Assembly (NCBI GenBank): GCA_025201805.1 | Contig: MU619290.1 | Coordinates: 154,635 to 198,681 of the forward strand | DNA length: 44,047 nt | Source of the DNA: Parasitella parasitica NRRL 2501 | Lineage: Eukaryota > Fungi > Mucoromycota | Direction: 5' to 3' | Shown here: piece by piece, positions 26,143 through 38,399 of the stretch | Layout of the letters: every line of letters starts with the position of its first letter | Position numbering within the stretch: position 1 is the stretch's first letter | Made by a program: the position numbers and the translations under genes | The notes under the pieces: generated by a model | What the model saw: the letters and a program-made list of their open reading frames with translations, nothing else | Told to the model about the DNA's origin: nothing | The model's database searches: none

Positions 26143-26540
26143 CAGCTTCATCGTTTATTCAGCGTATTAATTTATGTTGAAACTTGAGAAAAAGTCAACA
26201 GTACCCTCGCAAATGACCTTGTTAAGCCTTGGGAAGTATCTTATTTACTTCAAAAAGCAATTGCAAAAACAGTGCGCTATTGCGATGAATTGAATCTAAT
26301 GGTGGATGGTGTTCATGAAGTTTCCGCAAAGGATGATCAAGGAATTGAAGATATTTTTTCTAGATTTGGCAAGTTCTTTGTCAGAAAAGTTAAATAACCA
26401 TCATTTATGCAACCAACATCATCGATTAACATCCTACTGCCACACTTGTTGTTAATGCAAAAAACAAAAGCGCTTGAATCGAAGAATAATTAATTGCTTT
26501 ATTTGGTCATAATTGGAACAATAATAGATTGTATTTACAT

Positions 26541-27759
26541 TTAGTTTTCACGAGAGTGATGATGGCTGTCGTAAGAATGAGGTGATTGTTGCACAGATGA
26601 ACCGGTTGCTTGCGTAGTATTGGCAATAGATTGAAGTGCTAGGCCATCGTCCTCTTCAATATAAGTTTTAGATAATTTTCTCTGTCTCCCAAAAGCACTA
26701 TCTATATCTGGAGTTTGTTGCTGCTGTTGCTGCTGTTGCTGCTGTTGCTGCTGTTGCTGCTGTTGCTGCTGCTGCTGTAGTGGACTCGCAGTATAGTAAT
26801 TTTGGTTTTCTACAGGCATCGAATTCATATAGATATTGCTGCTACTATTATTATAGCTATAATCATGCACTCCTTGAGTAGAATAGTAGTGTGCTTCTTG
26901 GCTTTGATTTGCATAATCGTGATGAGACATGATATAGGGGCTCATCATCGAGCCATGTTTAGGCGGTTCGGGGACACTGCTGGTGCCACCTAAGGCAGTG
27001 GTATATGTTGCTGTCTTAACCATTGGTACATCATCTTTGAAGTCATATGTATCATAATCCTCTGAATAAACATCTGCCGCCTTTAGGATGAATGCGTATA
27101 GAGCTAACAAAAACCAGATAAAACCCACAATAACCATCCCAAGCCACGTACCATTGGTTAACCCTTGATATATACATTATTAAGATTGACTTTGAGCTAA
27201 AACAAAAGCACTTACAACATCTGGTGGACATGAGACTGTCACTGTAATTCGAGCAATAGGTAACATAGCCCTTCCTTGTCGACATGTTCGAGTTGGCAAC
27301 TGAGCCTGTCCATGGGATTGTGCCCGACATGAGGGAATTGTACACAATTATAGCTATAAACAGCAAAACATTGATACAACTAGTAATACGATCACTCCAC
27401 AATGATTTTGAGGACACACAGCCGACTACCAACAAAATAGTCGCAGATAAAATCGACACTATTGGGCCCACATAATACAGGATATACTTGTAAAACAATT
27501 AAGTACATGTATTCAGATCGTATGTGTATATTATATGCTCACGGGAATGAAGTTTGGCCACCATTCGCCAGTTCCTGACACTCGATCTAGTAAAACAAGC
27601 TGAGCTGTATTATTTTAGGAAAAGTTTGCAAGTGAGTAAACATGCCATGTATGAGGAAAGCTTGATTTGTATATTACCAACATGACAACCCAAGGTAATC
27701 AAACTCAACAACAAAATCGTCAATCGCAGTAGATATAGAAATAGTATTTTGACGCCCAT
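26541..27759 (-). CDS. Hypothetical ~4-TM membrane protein (MARVEL-like topology) with a disordered polyQ C-terminal tail; 4 exons
   Basis: Start MGVKILFLYLLRLTILLL. GT-AG introns at 27677-27605, 27542-27487 and 27215-27164 give a continuous frame. There is a Cys-containing loop YCSNY...RCWLTNG. Confidence 0.8.
26715..26777 (-). repeat. CAG/CAA microsatellite encoding 21 Gln
   Basis: (CAG CAG CAA)n pattern in the coding frame. Confidence 0.95.
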
Positions 27760-27822
27760 TTTCTGAGATCCTAAGGAAAGAAAAAAAAATATAAATAATA
27801 GAAAGTGTGATTTTTATCCAAA

Positions 27823-28270
27823 CGAGCTGGTCACCCCGCACACTCTGGTGATTTTTGCACCTTCGCTTCGCTATGGTAAAAATCGATCTTCGTTTACGCA
27901 AGGTCCATCTCGCTCTGCGAGGCTACCAGTTTGCAATATAAATGGAATTATACTGTTTTCAAGTGTATATGTTGTATCCATAGGATTTCATAGTTAGCAC
28001 TCAGTTGTCGTGGCAACTGTTCCTGATCGAATTCAATAAATATAACTGGTTATTCCATAAAAAAATAGAAGTAACCATGGAATGTCTTGCATACTAGTGT
28101 TTTATCCATAGAATAGTCATGGTTACCATAATATTTCAATTAATTTGTCATGGCAACCGCTCCTGATGGAATTCTAGGTTTAACGTCGCAATATATTCTA
28201 TTACATAGCAAACATGTAACTTCGACTACAGAACAATGTATCCATTATATATTTTTTTTTTATATATATA
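27823..28270 (-). mobile_element. Putative non-autonomous Helitron (~450 bp)
   Basis: The reverse complement TTACCATAGCGAAGCGAAGGTG...GGGGTGACCAGCTCG|T resembles the Helitron 3' end at 4997-5057 (TTACCGTAGCAAAGCGAAAGTTG...GGGGTGGAGACAGCCCG|T). A 30-bp internal repeat occurs at 28005 and 28145. The 5' end is approximate (TATATATATAAAA near 28270). Confidence 0.6.
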
Positions 28271-29126
28271 CTAAACTTTAAGGTAACGTGAAGCATGATC
28301 ATATTCCTTGAGTTCATAGAGCAATTTTCGTGAGTCTTCCTTCCATAACCATCTCTTCTGTAATATATACATCTAGCAGCTACTTAACCTAAGGGCTGTT
28401 TATTAATATATATTCATTTGATATATTAAAAATTGTAATATCGCACTCTCATCGATTCTATTCAATGAGGAAAGTTCTAATATAAATCTCTTTCAAGATG
28501 ACAGTAATGTAATATACTTCCTACGTCGCCCTAAGCAGTTATTTTTGCTTTTCAAGGCTTGCTAACTCCCTAATCATTTTTTTCAAAAGTTAGATACAGT
28601 AATATCTTGAGGTTTGTGCTAGTTTATTACATTGTGCTTTAGTTTGTTGCTGTCAGCTTTTTGTCAAGACTACATTGGTTTGTTCTTTTTCACCATGACA
28701 ATCTTGTATTATCGGTTTTGTAGGACTACTGTAAGCAGCTTAAACTTTGCCAAAATACGATTTCATAGAGCCACAGGTTCGTATCTATATTCCCCATCCA
28801 CTGCTTTCGAGCGCACTTTAACGTTAATTTGTGAGATGCCGATCATCTGTGCTTTCAGATTAGAGTATTTAATATTCGAAATCTAATCCTTTTGGCATTT
28901 TTGGTTTTTAACATATCAGACTAGATAATAAAATAGCACGTAGTTTTCAAAACAGATGATGTACATCTAACACATTCGGTTAATGTATTTTACAGTTACG
29001 ATGTTTGTGTAATCAGCGACGAGCAGGACGGGTTATGCAGATAGGGAAATCAGATGGAAAGTATTCTATTTCTCTTTCTTTCACAACATACAAAACATAA
29101 CACGACAATGACGATAACTTTTGGAT

Positions 29127-29735
29127 ATGAAATTGGTATGTACATACATGACGCATATTAGAGAACAGCAAGTTGATATGCTATGCGTTTTCGTAGATGT
29201 CGACGGCAATGAAGCAAGAGTTGTCTCTCCACCGCTTTTAAACCAGAAGATTACAGTATCAAGCACAGAAAACACCAACCGCTGGGTGTTCTACGGCACA
29301 CGCCCCGAGATACTAGACTGGATCAAAAACCATGGTGATATTCAATTGGAAAATTCTCTCTTTGCAACAGGCCGCCCAGTCTCGTTCAACACACACACAG
29401 AAATAGTCATTGATTTGATGGCTTACAACGACCCGCAGCAATCCATGTTTGACTACTTCAAATCATTTGTGGCTACAGACTTTGAACATGAAATGGTAAA
29501 GGTCGAGATTAGGCCGAGGATAGAGAGTAAGGATCAGATGATTTCGACGTTGAGCCGTGTGATTGTAGCAAGTGGAGTCCATTTAGGCGATGTTTTGGGC
29601 GAATTACATCAAGAATGGCACAAGAGTCGCACCTACGTTCAGCAAGTAACTGACCTTCTGAATGATAATCCGGGGCCAGTACATATATCTAGCACTGATG
29701 CACCGATGAATGTCCAAGTAAATCCACAATACTAG
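29127..29735 (+). CDS. Hypothetical intronless protein, 202 aa, no recognised domain
   Basis: An uninterrupted ORF with globular composition, more GC-rich than its flanks. Confidence 0.6.
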   Translation: MKLVCTYMTHIREQQVDMLCVFVDVDGNEARVVSPPLLNQKITVSSTENTNRWVFYGTRPEILDWIKNHGDIQLENSLFATGRPVSFNTHTEIVIDLMAYNDPQQSMFDYFKSFVATDFEHEMVKVEIRPRIESKDQMISTLSRVIVASGVHLGDVLGELHQEWHKSRTYVQQVTDLLNDNPGPVHISSTDAPMNVQVNPQY

Positions 29736-30016
29736 GCATGTTGTAGTGTCCATAATTGGTTGCGTTTATTTTAAAAAAGCGTCAACTGGTATAGCAACGT
29801 ATATAAAATCTGTCTTGTGTAGCTAAAATTCCACTTTCCTCTTGTTCCAGCTCCTTGTTTTTTTTATATATATACATTAATCCAATAGTATAAATAAAAC
29901 CAACGTCAACTACTAGCTTCTACTTGCAATATCGAAAACAAATACAAAACTACACAGAAACAGCATAAGAGTCGTTCGTTTATTTTTTCTTTCTTTTTCT
30001 CCTACGCATATACAAA

Positions 30017-32438
30017 ATGGTTTCAACATATTCGTCGCAACCGTTTTCAATGACTGCAGATATCTCCAGGTCAGCCATCATCGTACCTTCTGATGATCAC
30101 ACTGCAAGCAGAAGAAAAAGCACTGTGAGCAGCAACAACGAACCAAGAATCAAGTCAGAGCTATCTTGGTCTCAACTTGTGAATGCCGAAATAATTGGTA
30201 AAGTCTGGTCCGTCGTAGCTTGGCTTGTGATACCTGCTAACCTCGTTTTAATGATAGCTGTAACGAGTGCTATGCGCAAGAATGCTCGCTGGTCTGGTAT
30301 GGGCGCTAATGGGTTAAGAATGGGCAGTTTGGGTAATAGTATGGGCTTACGCAGCGCACAAATGGAAATGAAAGACCCAAATACAAGAGAGGTAAGTCGG
30401 CTAAAAGACCTATATCGTTGCATCCGCTCATCAACCAAGCAGGAAAACCCTTTGATGCAAGGATTTACAAACTTGAGAACATACATGGAAACTGTAACAG
30501 GTAACAAAATAGATATGCATTTATTTTGGCACACATAAAAAAAAGCTCAACAAAAAAAAAAAAAAAAAAAAATCGATAGACGGTAGAGATATCGATGCAG
30601 TCAATCTGTTGAATCCCTTCTTGGAGGTTATTCGTTCTGGAAATACAACTGGAACCATTGCGGGCACAGCGTTAGGAAGCGTCGAAAAGTTGCTGCATTA
30701 TGGTATTGTCAGTGTGCATAACCCTAGAGTGTCTGCGGCCATGAACGCACTATCATCGGCAGCAACGCACTGCAAATTTGAAGCTTCTGATCCTGCGTCT
30801 GATGAGCTTGTACTGCTTCGCATGTTGCAAGTATTGGAAATGGCCATCACAAGTGAATGTGGACAGGTACTGAGTGACGAGGCTGTTTGCGAAATGATGG
30901 AAACTGGACTTAGCATGTGCTGTCAAATGAGACTGAGCGGTAGGCAGCTTACAAATACATGTATGCCTCCTGACTGATACTTGTTTGTAGAAATGTTGAG
31001 AAGATCTGCTGAACATGTCATGATCAATATGGTTATTGCCATTTTTGAGAGGTATTTGAAGAGGTTGAGACATTTCATAAGAAATACTAACTTGATGTTG
31101 TAGATTGAAGACTTTGGAAGATGAATGGCAATTTGTTGAGCCACCTAATGGTGGAACTGAAGAACCAGCTGATCCTCATATGAGTACACCGAAACCCTCG
31201 CCTTCTCCAATCCCACAATCAACAGCAGACAATGCCACTGATTCTCAGATAGACACCTCAACCAATGTTGAAATAGTAGATGAGAAAGTTGATCATCTAG
31301 AGCGTGGAGAGGAAAAACTCCAAAAAACTGTTGCAGAGAAAGAGGAATTGGTAGATTCACCCAAATCAGAAGAGGCCGCCGAGGCTGCAACTGGTAAATC
31401 ATGCTGTAGAATCAAGTTTCCACTCGCTAATGTGTTTGTTTTTTTTTGAACAAAATAGTCGAACCCACCACATTAAGGGCGTATGGATTACCAGCTATCC
31501 GCGAACTTCTTCGGGTATTGATCTCTCTGTTGAATCCTCACGAACACAAACACACAGATTCCATGCGTCTAATGGCGCTCAGTATACTCAGCGTAGCGTT
31601 CGAAGTAGGAGGCAGAAGTATCGGACGCTTTGAATCACTTCGCTCGTTGGTCACTGATGATTTCTGCAAGTTTGTATTCCAATTAGCCAAGACTGATTCA
31701 ACAGCTCTACTCGCGTATTCTCTTCGTGTTATCACAACAGTCTTTGACACACTGCGACCTTATTTGAAATTGCAGCAGGAGCTTTTCATCTTTTTTTTGA
31801 TTGAACGCTTATCGCCCCCTTCAGGAGCAGGCAGCCGTGGCATGTCGGTCAATGTTGATGCAGAAGGAAACATTAATTTTGTTTCGTCTAGAAACGGAGT
31901 GGATGCAGAGAATAATGCCGAAGCAGATGTCAGAAGCGCTTCTCCCAACATGTTTCTGGGCAAATCCACTGACTATCCAAGAAACAGCAAGGGATATTCT
32001 TCCTCATCAGAAAATTCAGCAATTACTGGTGAGGTGCGTGAGCTTTTAATGGAAAGTTTGGTACAGTTTGGTCGCAACCCTACCTTTATGGTCGATTTGT
32101 GGTACAACTATGATTGCAATTTAACATGTGGCGATTTATTCGAGGAACTTTTACAGTTTTTGAGCAAGGTACTCATGACATCTTGACATTGCTCGACTTG
32201 TGATAACATGATTGTCGAATAGAATTCGTTCCCTGATCATCAGTCGTATTCTCATATGACACATGTGTTGTGCTTGGATACATTGTTGACATTCGTTGCG
32301 CAAATGATGGATCGTGTAGAGATGCAGGTAAAACCACTGAAAAACGACTAAACGATCCTCCTTTACTAATGTATGCTCCAGGATGAACTAGAGGAAGATG
32401 ACTACGTTGTATGTGTAAGATGCACAAATTGGCATTGC

Positions 32439-32513
<75 letters not shown>

Positions 32514-34503
32514 CAACAGAAATTGAAATTCATTATTATTATACCAACTTTCTCTAGGAACTCACCCCTGTACAGGAATTACTTGAACGCAAGGCGAGAA
32601 AGAGAATTATTTTGAAGGGATCGAGACTATTCAATGAATCACCTAAAAAAGGTATCAAATTTTTGGTCGATAACAGTATCATTGACGCCGATGACAACGG
32701 GAGCACCCATACCAGTCTCTCCTATTTCCTGCGAACTACTCAGCAGCTAGACAAGAAAGCACTGGGCGAGTATCTAGGCCGACCTGAAAATGTTGATGTC
32801 TTGAAAACCTACATGGAACAATTCGATTTTAGGGACAAACGCATGGATGAAGCGATGCGTATGATTTTGGAAACATTCCGTTTACCTGGCGAATCACAGC
32901 AAATCATGCGTGTTACTGAAGCATTTGCCGCAGCTTATTTTGCCTGTAAACCCAAAGAGGTCGCCACTATAGACGCCGCTGTAGTTCTGGCTTACTCGGT
33001 TATCATGTTGAATGTTGATCAGCATAGCCCTCAAATTAAGCGCCAATCTCGCATGTCAGTGGAACAATATATTCGCAATGTTAGTGGTGTCAATGACAAC
33101 AAAGATTTCCCCAAAGAATATCTTGTCTCTATTTATGAAGCTATACAAGAAAACGAAATTTTGATGCCTGAAGAACACGAAGGGCTTTTGGGCTTTAACT
33201 ACGGATGGAAGCAGCTTCAACATAGATCGACTTTTTGTGGGAAATTTATTCAATGCGAAACTTCTTGCTACGATAAAGCCGTTTTCGAATTGTCGTGGAA
33301 ACCCATCGTTGCGGCTATTTCCTATGTATTTAGCACAGCGCAAGACGATGACACTTTACAGAAGGCGATCACTGGCTTCCGTCAATGCGCAAGCTTGGCT
33401 GCCCACTTTGAACTGTTCAATGTATTTGACAGCATTGTGGTGAACTTGGCAACCATGTCAGGCTTATTAGAAAGCGCCAATGGCAATACTTCTGTGCCTG
33501 ATCCCATCGTAGACGTCGCGGGTCAAAAATACGTTGTTAGCAAGTTGGCTATTCGTTTTGGACGCAATTATAAGGGACAGCTGGCTGCTGTTGTTTTATT
33601 TGCAATAGTTACCCGACACGGTGATACTCTTCGAAAGGGCTGGCTTAAAGTCTTGCAAATCATCCGTAACTTGTTTCTTAATTCGCTTCTGCCTAGCCCC
33701 ATGCTGCAAGTAGAAGACTTTTTGTCTGGCACCGCAAGCATCCCTCTGAAGCCAAAGAGCCCCAAACCTGTAAAACATACCAACCGTCGTGATGGTTCGC
33801 TATTATCTACACTTTCATCTTATCTTCTATCTCCTTATTCGAGCGATGAAACTTACAGTCGTGATCCAACAGAGGAAGAAGTAGAAAGTACAATGTGTGC
33901 CGTTGACTGCGTGGCAGCTTGTAAATTAGAGGAATTATTCACAGATATCAACACAATGCACACGGACACCCTGAAATGCCTTTTAAAAGCCATTCGTTCT
34001 GTGGGCTACGATACAGAAATCATGAAGAAAGCAACTATCACCATTGCATACGACCCTGCAACTGTTCTCTTTTTGGAATTTATGATCACCATTACCGTGC
34101 GTAATGCAGACAGAATCGAGGAATTATGGCCCCTCGCTACCGATTACATTTTTGGTATTCTAGAATTTGCAGACAAGCAAAGCGTTCTCGTGGTCGAGCG
34201 TACTGTCGTTGGTTTGCTACGACTCTGTATTTGCAGCGCTGCTAGAAATGTCATGTTGGATGAAATAGTAAAGTGTCTGCGTCTCTTGCGTGATTTCCCT
34301 CCGACTGTCACTCAAGCTGTTGCGGAACAAATGATGGCTGGTATCTTCAACTTGTCATCGGCGAATTCAGAAAACAGAAAGTAAGTTTATAAAAAAAATC
34401 AATTGATGCTATATTAACAAGTTACTATGTATGTAAAATTAGTGATACCGAATTCTTGAATACAATTCTAGAAATCAAGCAAAAAGTGGCCAACTCCTTG
34501 TAA
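30017..34503 (+). CDS. GBF1/Gea1-Gea2-type large ARF guanine-nucleotide exchange factor (DCB-HUS-Sec7-HDS1), with an apparently shortened C-terminus; multi-exon
   Basis: DCB VTSAMRKNARW and PFLEVIRSGNTTG...THCKFEASD; HUS LWYNYDC; Sec7 FNESPKKGI, FRLPGESQQI (catalytic Glu) and AYSVIMLNVDQH; HDS1 FGRNYKGQLAAVVLF. The last intron (34381-34442) leads to a short exon NDTEFLNTILEIKQKVANSL*. Confidence 0.92.
32441..32509. repeat. 69-nt poly-T tract inside a GBF1-like gene intron
   Basis: Direct observation. Confidence 0.95.
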
Positions 34504-35589
34504 AAGAGCATTATTTCATTTTTTTTTGTCAACAGCAATTTATCTCCACCATTCATTCTCTTTATATCAGCAGCTTTTTCCTTCTTCATCTCAATTACTA
34601 GAAAATCATACATATATCTTATTATCATCATGAACTAAGGATATAAAATATTATTTTATGTGCGGTGTATGGCATATCGAATTTGGAAAAGCTAAAATAG
34701 TTGAGACTTGATAAATTTATTGTTTTAATTACAAAATTTAGGATAAGGATATCAGAGCAGGAATGTATACTTATTTGCTGTTTATACTCATGTATTATGA
34801 CCGATTCGATGTTCGATTGCAGCTATGATGATACTGGTGCGGTCAGGGTTCAACATCGCAGGCGTTGTCACGATCATGATATCATATTGTTTATAAATGA
34901 ATGTCAAAAATATGATAGGATCTGTGCCAACTGTGATGGAGTGCAATTATCTATTAGCAAGGATAGAATGATGCACTATGTTAATGGACGGTTGGTGTAT
35001 CTAATTGTTGACATTGCTATCAGGGTTATTACTGACTATATAATATATATAGATATTATGGACAAGAAGTAATTGACAGCAATGCGGCGATGTTTATATG
35101 AACTATAAACTTATATGTAAACAATGATCAATAGTGACAGATCAGGTTTGCAGTGATAAGGATGATTATAGATAATAGATTTGCTAGTATATGAGAAATG
35201 TTATTGTAATAAACTATAGTAGCTATTACAGATATTTTCACTGGCATTCCAATATCTGGTAAAATTTGAACCTATTTGATCTATCAGAATAAGAAATTAT
35301 TCAAGTAAAACAGTTGTGAATTAATCAGGTAAAGATCTCGTTTATTACATGGAAAAAATGATGGTTTATACCGTATACTAGTGAATTTAAGTGGAATGAT
35401 GGGAGGATAAGATACAAGTGTGAGACATGGTGTGATTTAGAGAATGGAACGATAGATTGTATCTATTGTCCATGAACATGTCATATTGAGTTATAAATGT
35501 TATGTCAAAAGTCTGATAACATAAATCTGCCAAAGAATTACACTTTTTTTCGTAATACATCTCTCGATGTATTATATACACATTCATTA

Positions 35590-35660
35590 CACTAGGGTTC
35601 TACTGTGTAGCTGCATAATGTAAATCATGACTACCCATGATTTACTGTAAGACCCTGGTG
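35590..35660. repeat. 71-bp foldback with nested inverted repeats
   Basis: Outer arms CACTAGGGTTCTAC / GTAAGACCCTGGTG are imperfect. The inner arms form a perfect 10-bp IR, GTAAATCATG-ACTACC-CATGATTTAC. Confidence 0.7.
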
Positions 35661-36459
35661 CAGCGAAACGCAGTAAAAAAAGTGTAAAAAGCAAGATACG
35701 ATTAAAATCCTTTTTTATTTTGAAAGTAGATTGAATGTGCAATAAGCTGTTATGTTACATCTATTTATATTATTTGGGTGTCGTCTTACTAGCAGACAAT
35801 TGTTTCGTTATTTCCTAACCGTTCCATTATTCTTTATATGTTGTGTTATGAATTCGAATCAGCCGTTCTGGCTTAGTAGTATACTATCATGCTACTTGGG
35901 TTGATTAGAGATGGTCATTCATCAGGTCAATAGGATAATTCTATCGTAGCCATTCTAATCTTACCTAAGTGTGAATATTATTGAGTTGTTTATTGACGTT
36001 GTTGATCTAACGATGGATCAAGGACGGCATTTGAAACATAATTCTTATTCATGCGATTAGGAAGCTTTCATTGTTTGATGAATTGTTCCTTTTCAGGCTT
36101 TAGTTTGTGGCACAACATGCTATTTTGACATAATATGTCAATTTCTATCCCTGCTATATTTGTTTATCTTTGTAGTCATAGCTTCTATTGTTGGGAAGAT
36201 GACAGTATTTTATGATGGGAATCTAGTCTTGTTCACTTCACCTGGGACTGATCTGAGATCCTGATGTGAGACTTTGCCATGTTATTGATATAAGAAATGG
36301 AACAAAAAAGCATTATTAGTTTGTTGTAAACCAGCTCTAAGCTTCAATGTAAGCACTGGCATGCTGATTGACTATGCTAAAATAAAGTGGGACGATGATT
36401 ATGTATTTTTAATTCTGTTTATTTTTTTTTTTTTCATTTCTGTTTTTCTCATAAAATCA

Positions 36460-37109
36460 NNNNNNNNNNNNNNNNNNNNNNNNNNNNNNNNNNNNNNNNN
36501 NNNNNNNNNNNNNNNNNNNNNNNNNNNNNNNNNNNNNNNNNNNNNNNNNNNNNNNNNNNNNNNNNNNNNNNNNNNNNNNNNNNNNNNNNNNNNNNNNNNN
36601 NNNNNNNNNNNNNNNNNNNNNNNNNNNNNNNNNNNNNNNNNNNNNNNNNNNNNNNNNNNNNNNNNNNNNNNNNNNNNNNNNNNNNNNNNNNNNNNNNNNN
36701 NNNNNNNNNNNNNNNNNNNNNNNNNNNNNNNNNNNNNNNNNNNNNNNNNNNNNNNNNNNNNNNNNNNNNNNNNNNNNNNNNNNNNNNNNNNNNNNNNNNN
36801 NNNNNNNNNNNNNNNNNNNNNNNNNNNNNNNNNNNNNNNNNNNNNNNNNNNNNNNNNNNNNNNNNNNNNNNNNNNNNNNNNNNNNNNNNNNNNNNNNNNN
36901 NNNNNNNNNNNNNNNNNNNNNNNNNNNNNNNNNNNNNNNNNNNNNNNNNNNNNNNNNNNNNNNNNNNNNNNNNNNNNNNNNNNNNNNNNNNNNNNNNNNN
37001 NNNNNNNNNNNNNNNNNNNNNNNNNNNNNNNNNNNNNNNNNNNNNNNNNNNNNNNNNNNNNNNNNNNNNNNNNNNNNNNNNNNNNNNNNNNNNNNNNNNN
37101 NNNNNNNNN
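36460..37109. other. Assembly gap (650 N)
   Basis: N characters in the sequence. Confidence 1.
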
Positions 37110-37870
37110 GGGGGGATGGGTTACTACGCCTAACAGTGACTGTATTTTCGCGTGCACAGTAAATGCATCCAAACCAGTAAACAATGTAAAGTGACAAAAT
37201 TAAGGGAAAACTGTAATCTGGTGCACCAAAACTATGTAAATAAGATAGCCTTGATGTTGAGGAATATAATACTTTTTGTGTTTTGCAAATTGGTTGTTTC
37301 AATGAAAAGTTATTTCAATTTGAAGACTTGATGAAAGCAGGAGAAACAGGGAAAAACGGTTACTTCAAATCTCATAGTTCTTCTCTAGACTTTTAGTTAT
37401 GACAGCCAAGTCTGAATGCATTGTAGCATTCCAATGGTGTATTACAATTGACATCTGTGTTGTTTCTCTAGCCTACATACTGCTTAGTAAAAAATACTAA
37501 AATGGACAAATTTATGAAATTACAGCAGTATCATTTGAAATATTACGGTAATAACGCAGGCTGTGCTATTTATTGGTAATGTATTCAAAATATAGAGATT
37601 CCAGTCTATCATTTAGTACTGATCTCTGAAAAGAGAGATGATTCCATGCCGATATATCACGGTATACTTACCAGCTATACCTCCAAAACCTTGGATTGAG
37701 AACGCGGCTGAATTTAAAAAAGCAAGCGTATTTTTCTGTTTTGAGTGCTTTTGTTTGCCAAAACACCATTTTCGAAACTTTTTGATTGCATAGTTGATGC
37801 CAAAATTATCACACGTCTCTAAGCATAATAATACAACACATTGATACAAGACTTGGTGTTCTACCTAACT

Positions 37871-38255
37871 GTGCAAAGATTAAAGCCAATTGTATTATTG
37901 CGAATTAATCGATAAAACAGAAAATCCAAAATTTTGTTATTTAGGCCGAAATGTCAGATTATTCATAGTTTACTGCTGTATAAACAAAAATTTTGGATGA
38001 CATACAACTTTTAAAGCTAAAACCGATAATGCGTAGTAGGATGCTCCTCTAGGTTTCTAACAGTGTCTTTTGATTTTAACTGAATATTTGTTTGGTTCAT
38101 TGATCGAGTGAAGCAAAAACAACAAGATGTATCTTCTGGACTAATAACAAAAAGACTTTTTTTTAGGTCGGGTAAACTACATATACCAAACGCTTTCTGT
38201 CCCTATATTGACACAGATCGAGGTTTTGCTGAATATATGAGAGTTTTGACAAATC
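37871..38255. repeat. Inverted copy of the 19181-19568 repeat
   Basis: Reverse-complement match across ~350 nt. Confidence 0.92.
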
Positions 38256-38399
38256 GACCGTTTTGCAATTATATTATATAATCTTTTTTGAGAGGATAAT
38301 TTTCCCCGTATAATTTGCAATATAGGTTTTTTTTTAGATATGCAAAATTGTCTCCGTTTTCCTAATATAAAGCGCACAGTGGTGAAATTTTGTGCAAAT

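Noticed and set aside
26190-26360. Fragment resembling the DLVKLGK motif of PD-(D/E)XK nuclease-like (Crinkler-type) families
   Set aside because: It is too short and too frameshifted to support a call.
35640-35680. Possible hammerhead ribozyme (CTGTAAGA...GAAACGCAGTA); also CTGATGAG near 25903
   Set aside because: The core deviates from CUGANGA and stem II does not pair. The second site has no matching GAAA or stems.
35860-35915. Vague tRNA-like 5' half (TGGCTTAGTAGTATA...TTGGG)
   Set aside because: There is no downstream T-loop GTTCRA and no acceptor-stem pairing.
36361-37302. Three long ORFs in the ORF track
   Set aside because: They are artefacts of translating through the N gap.
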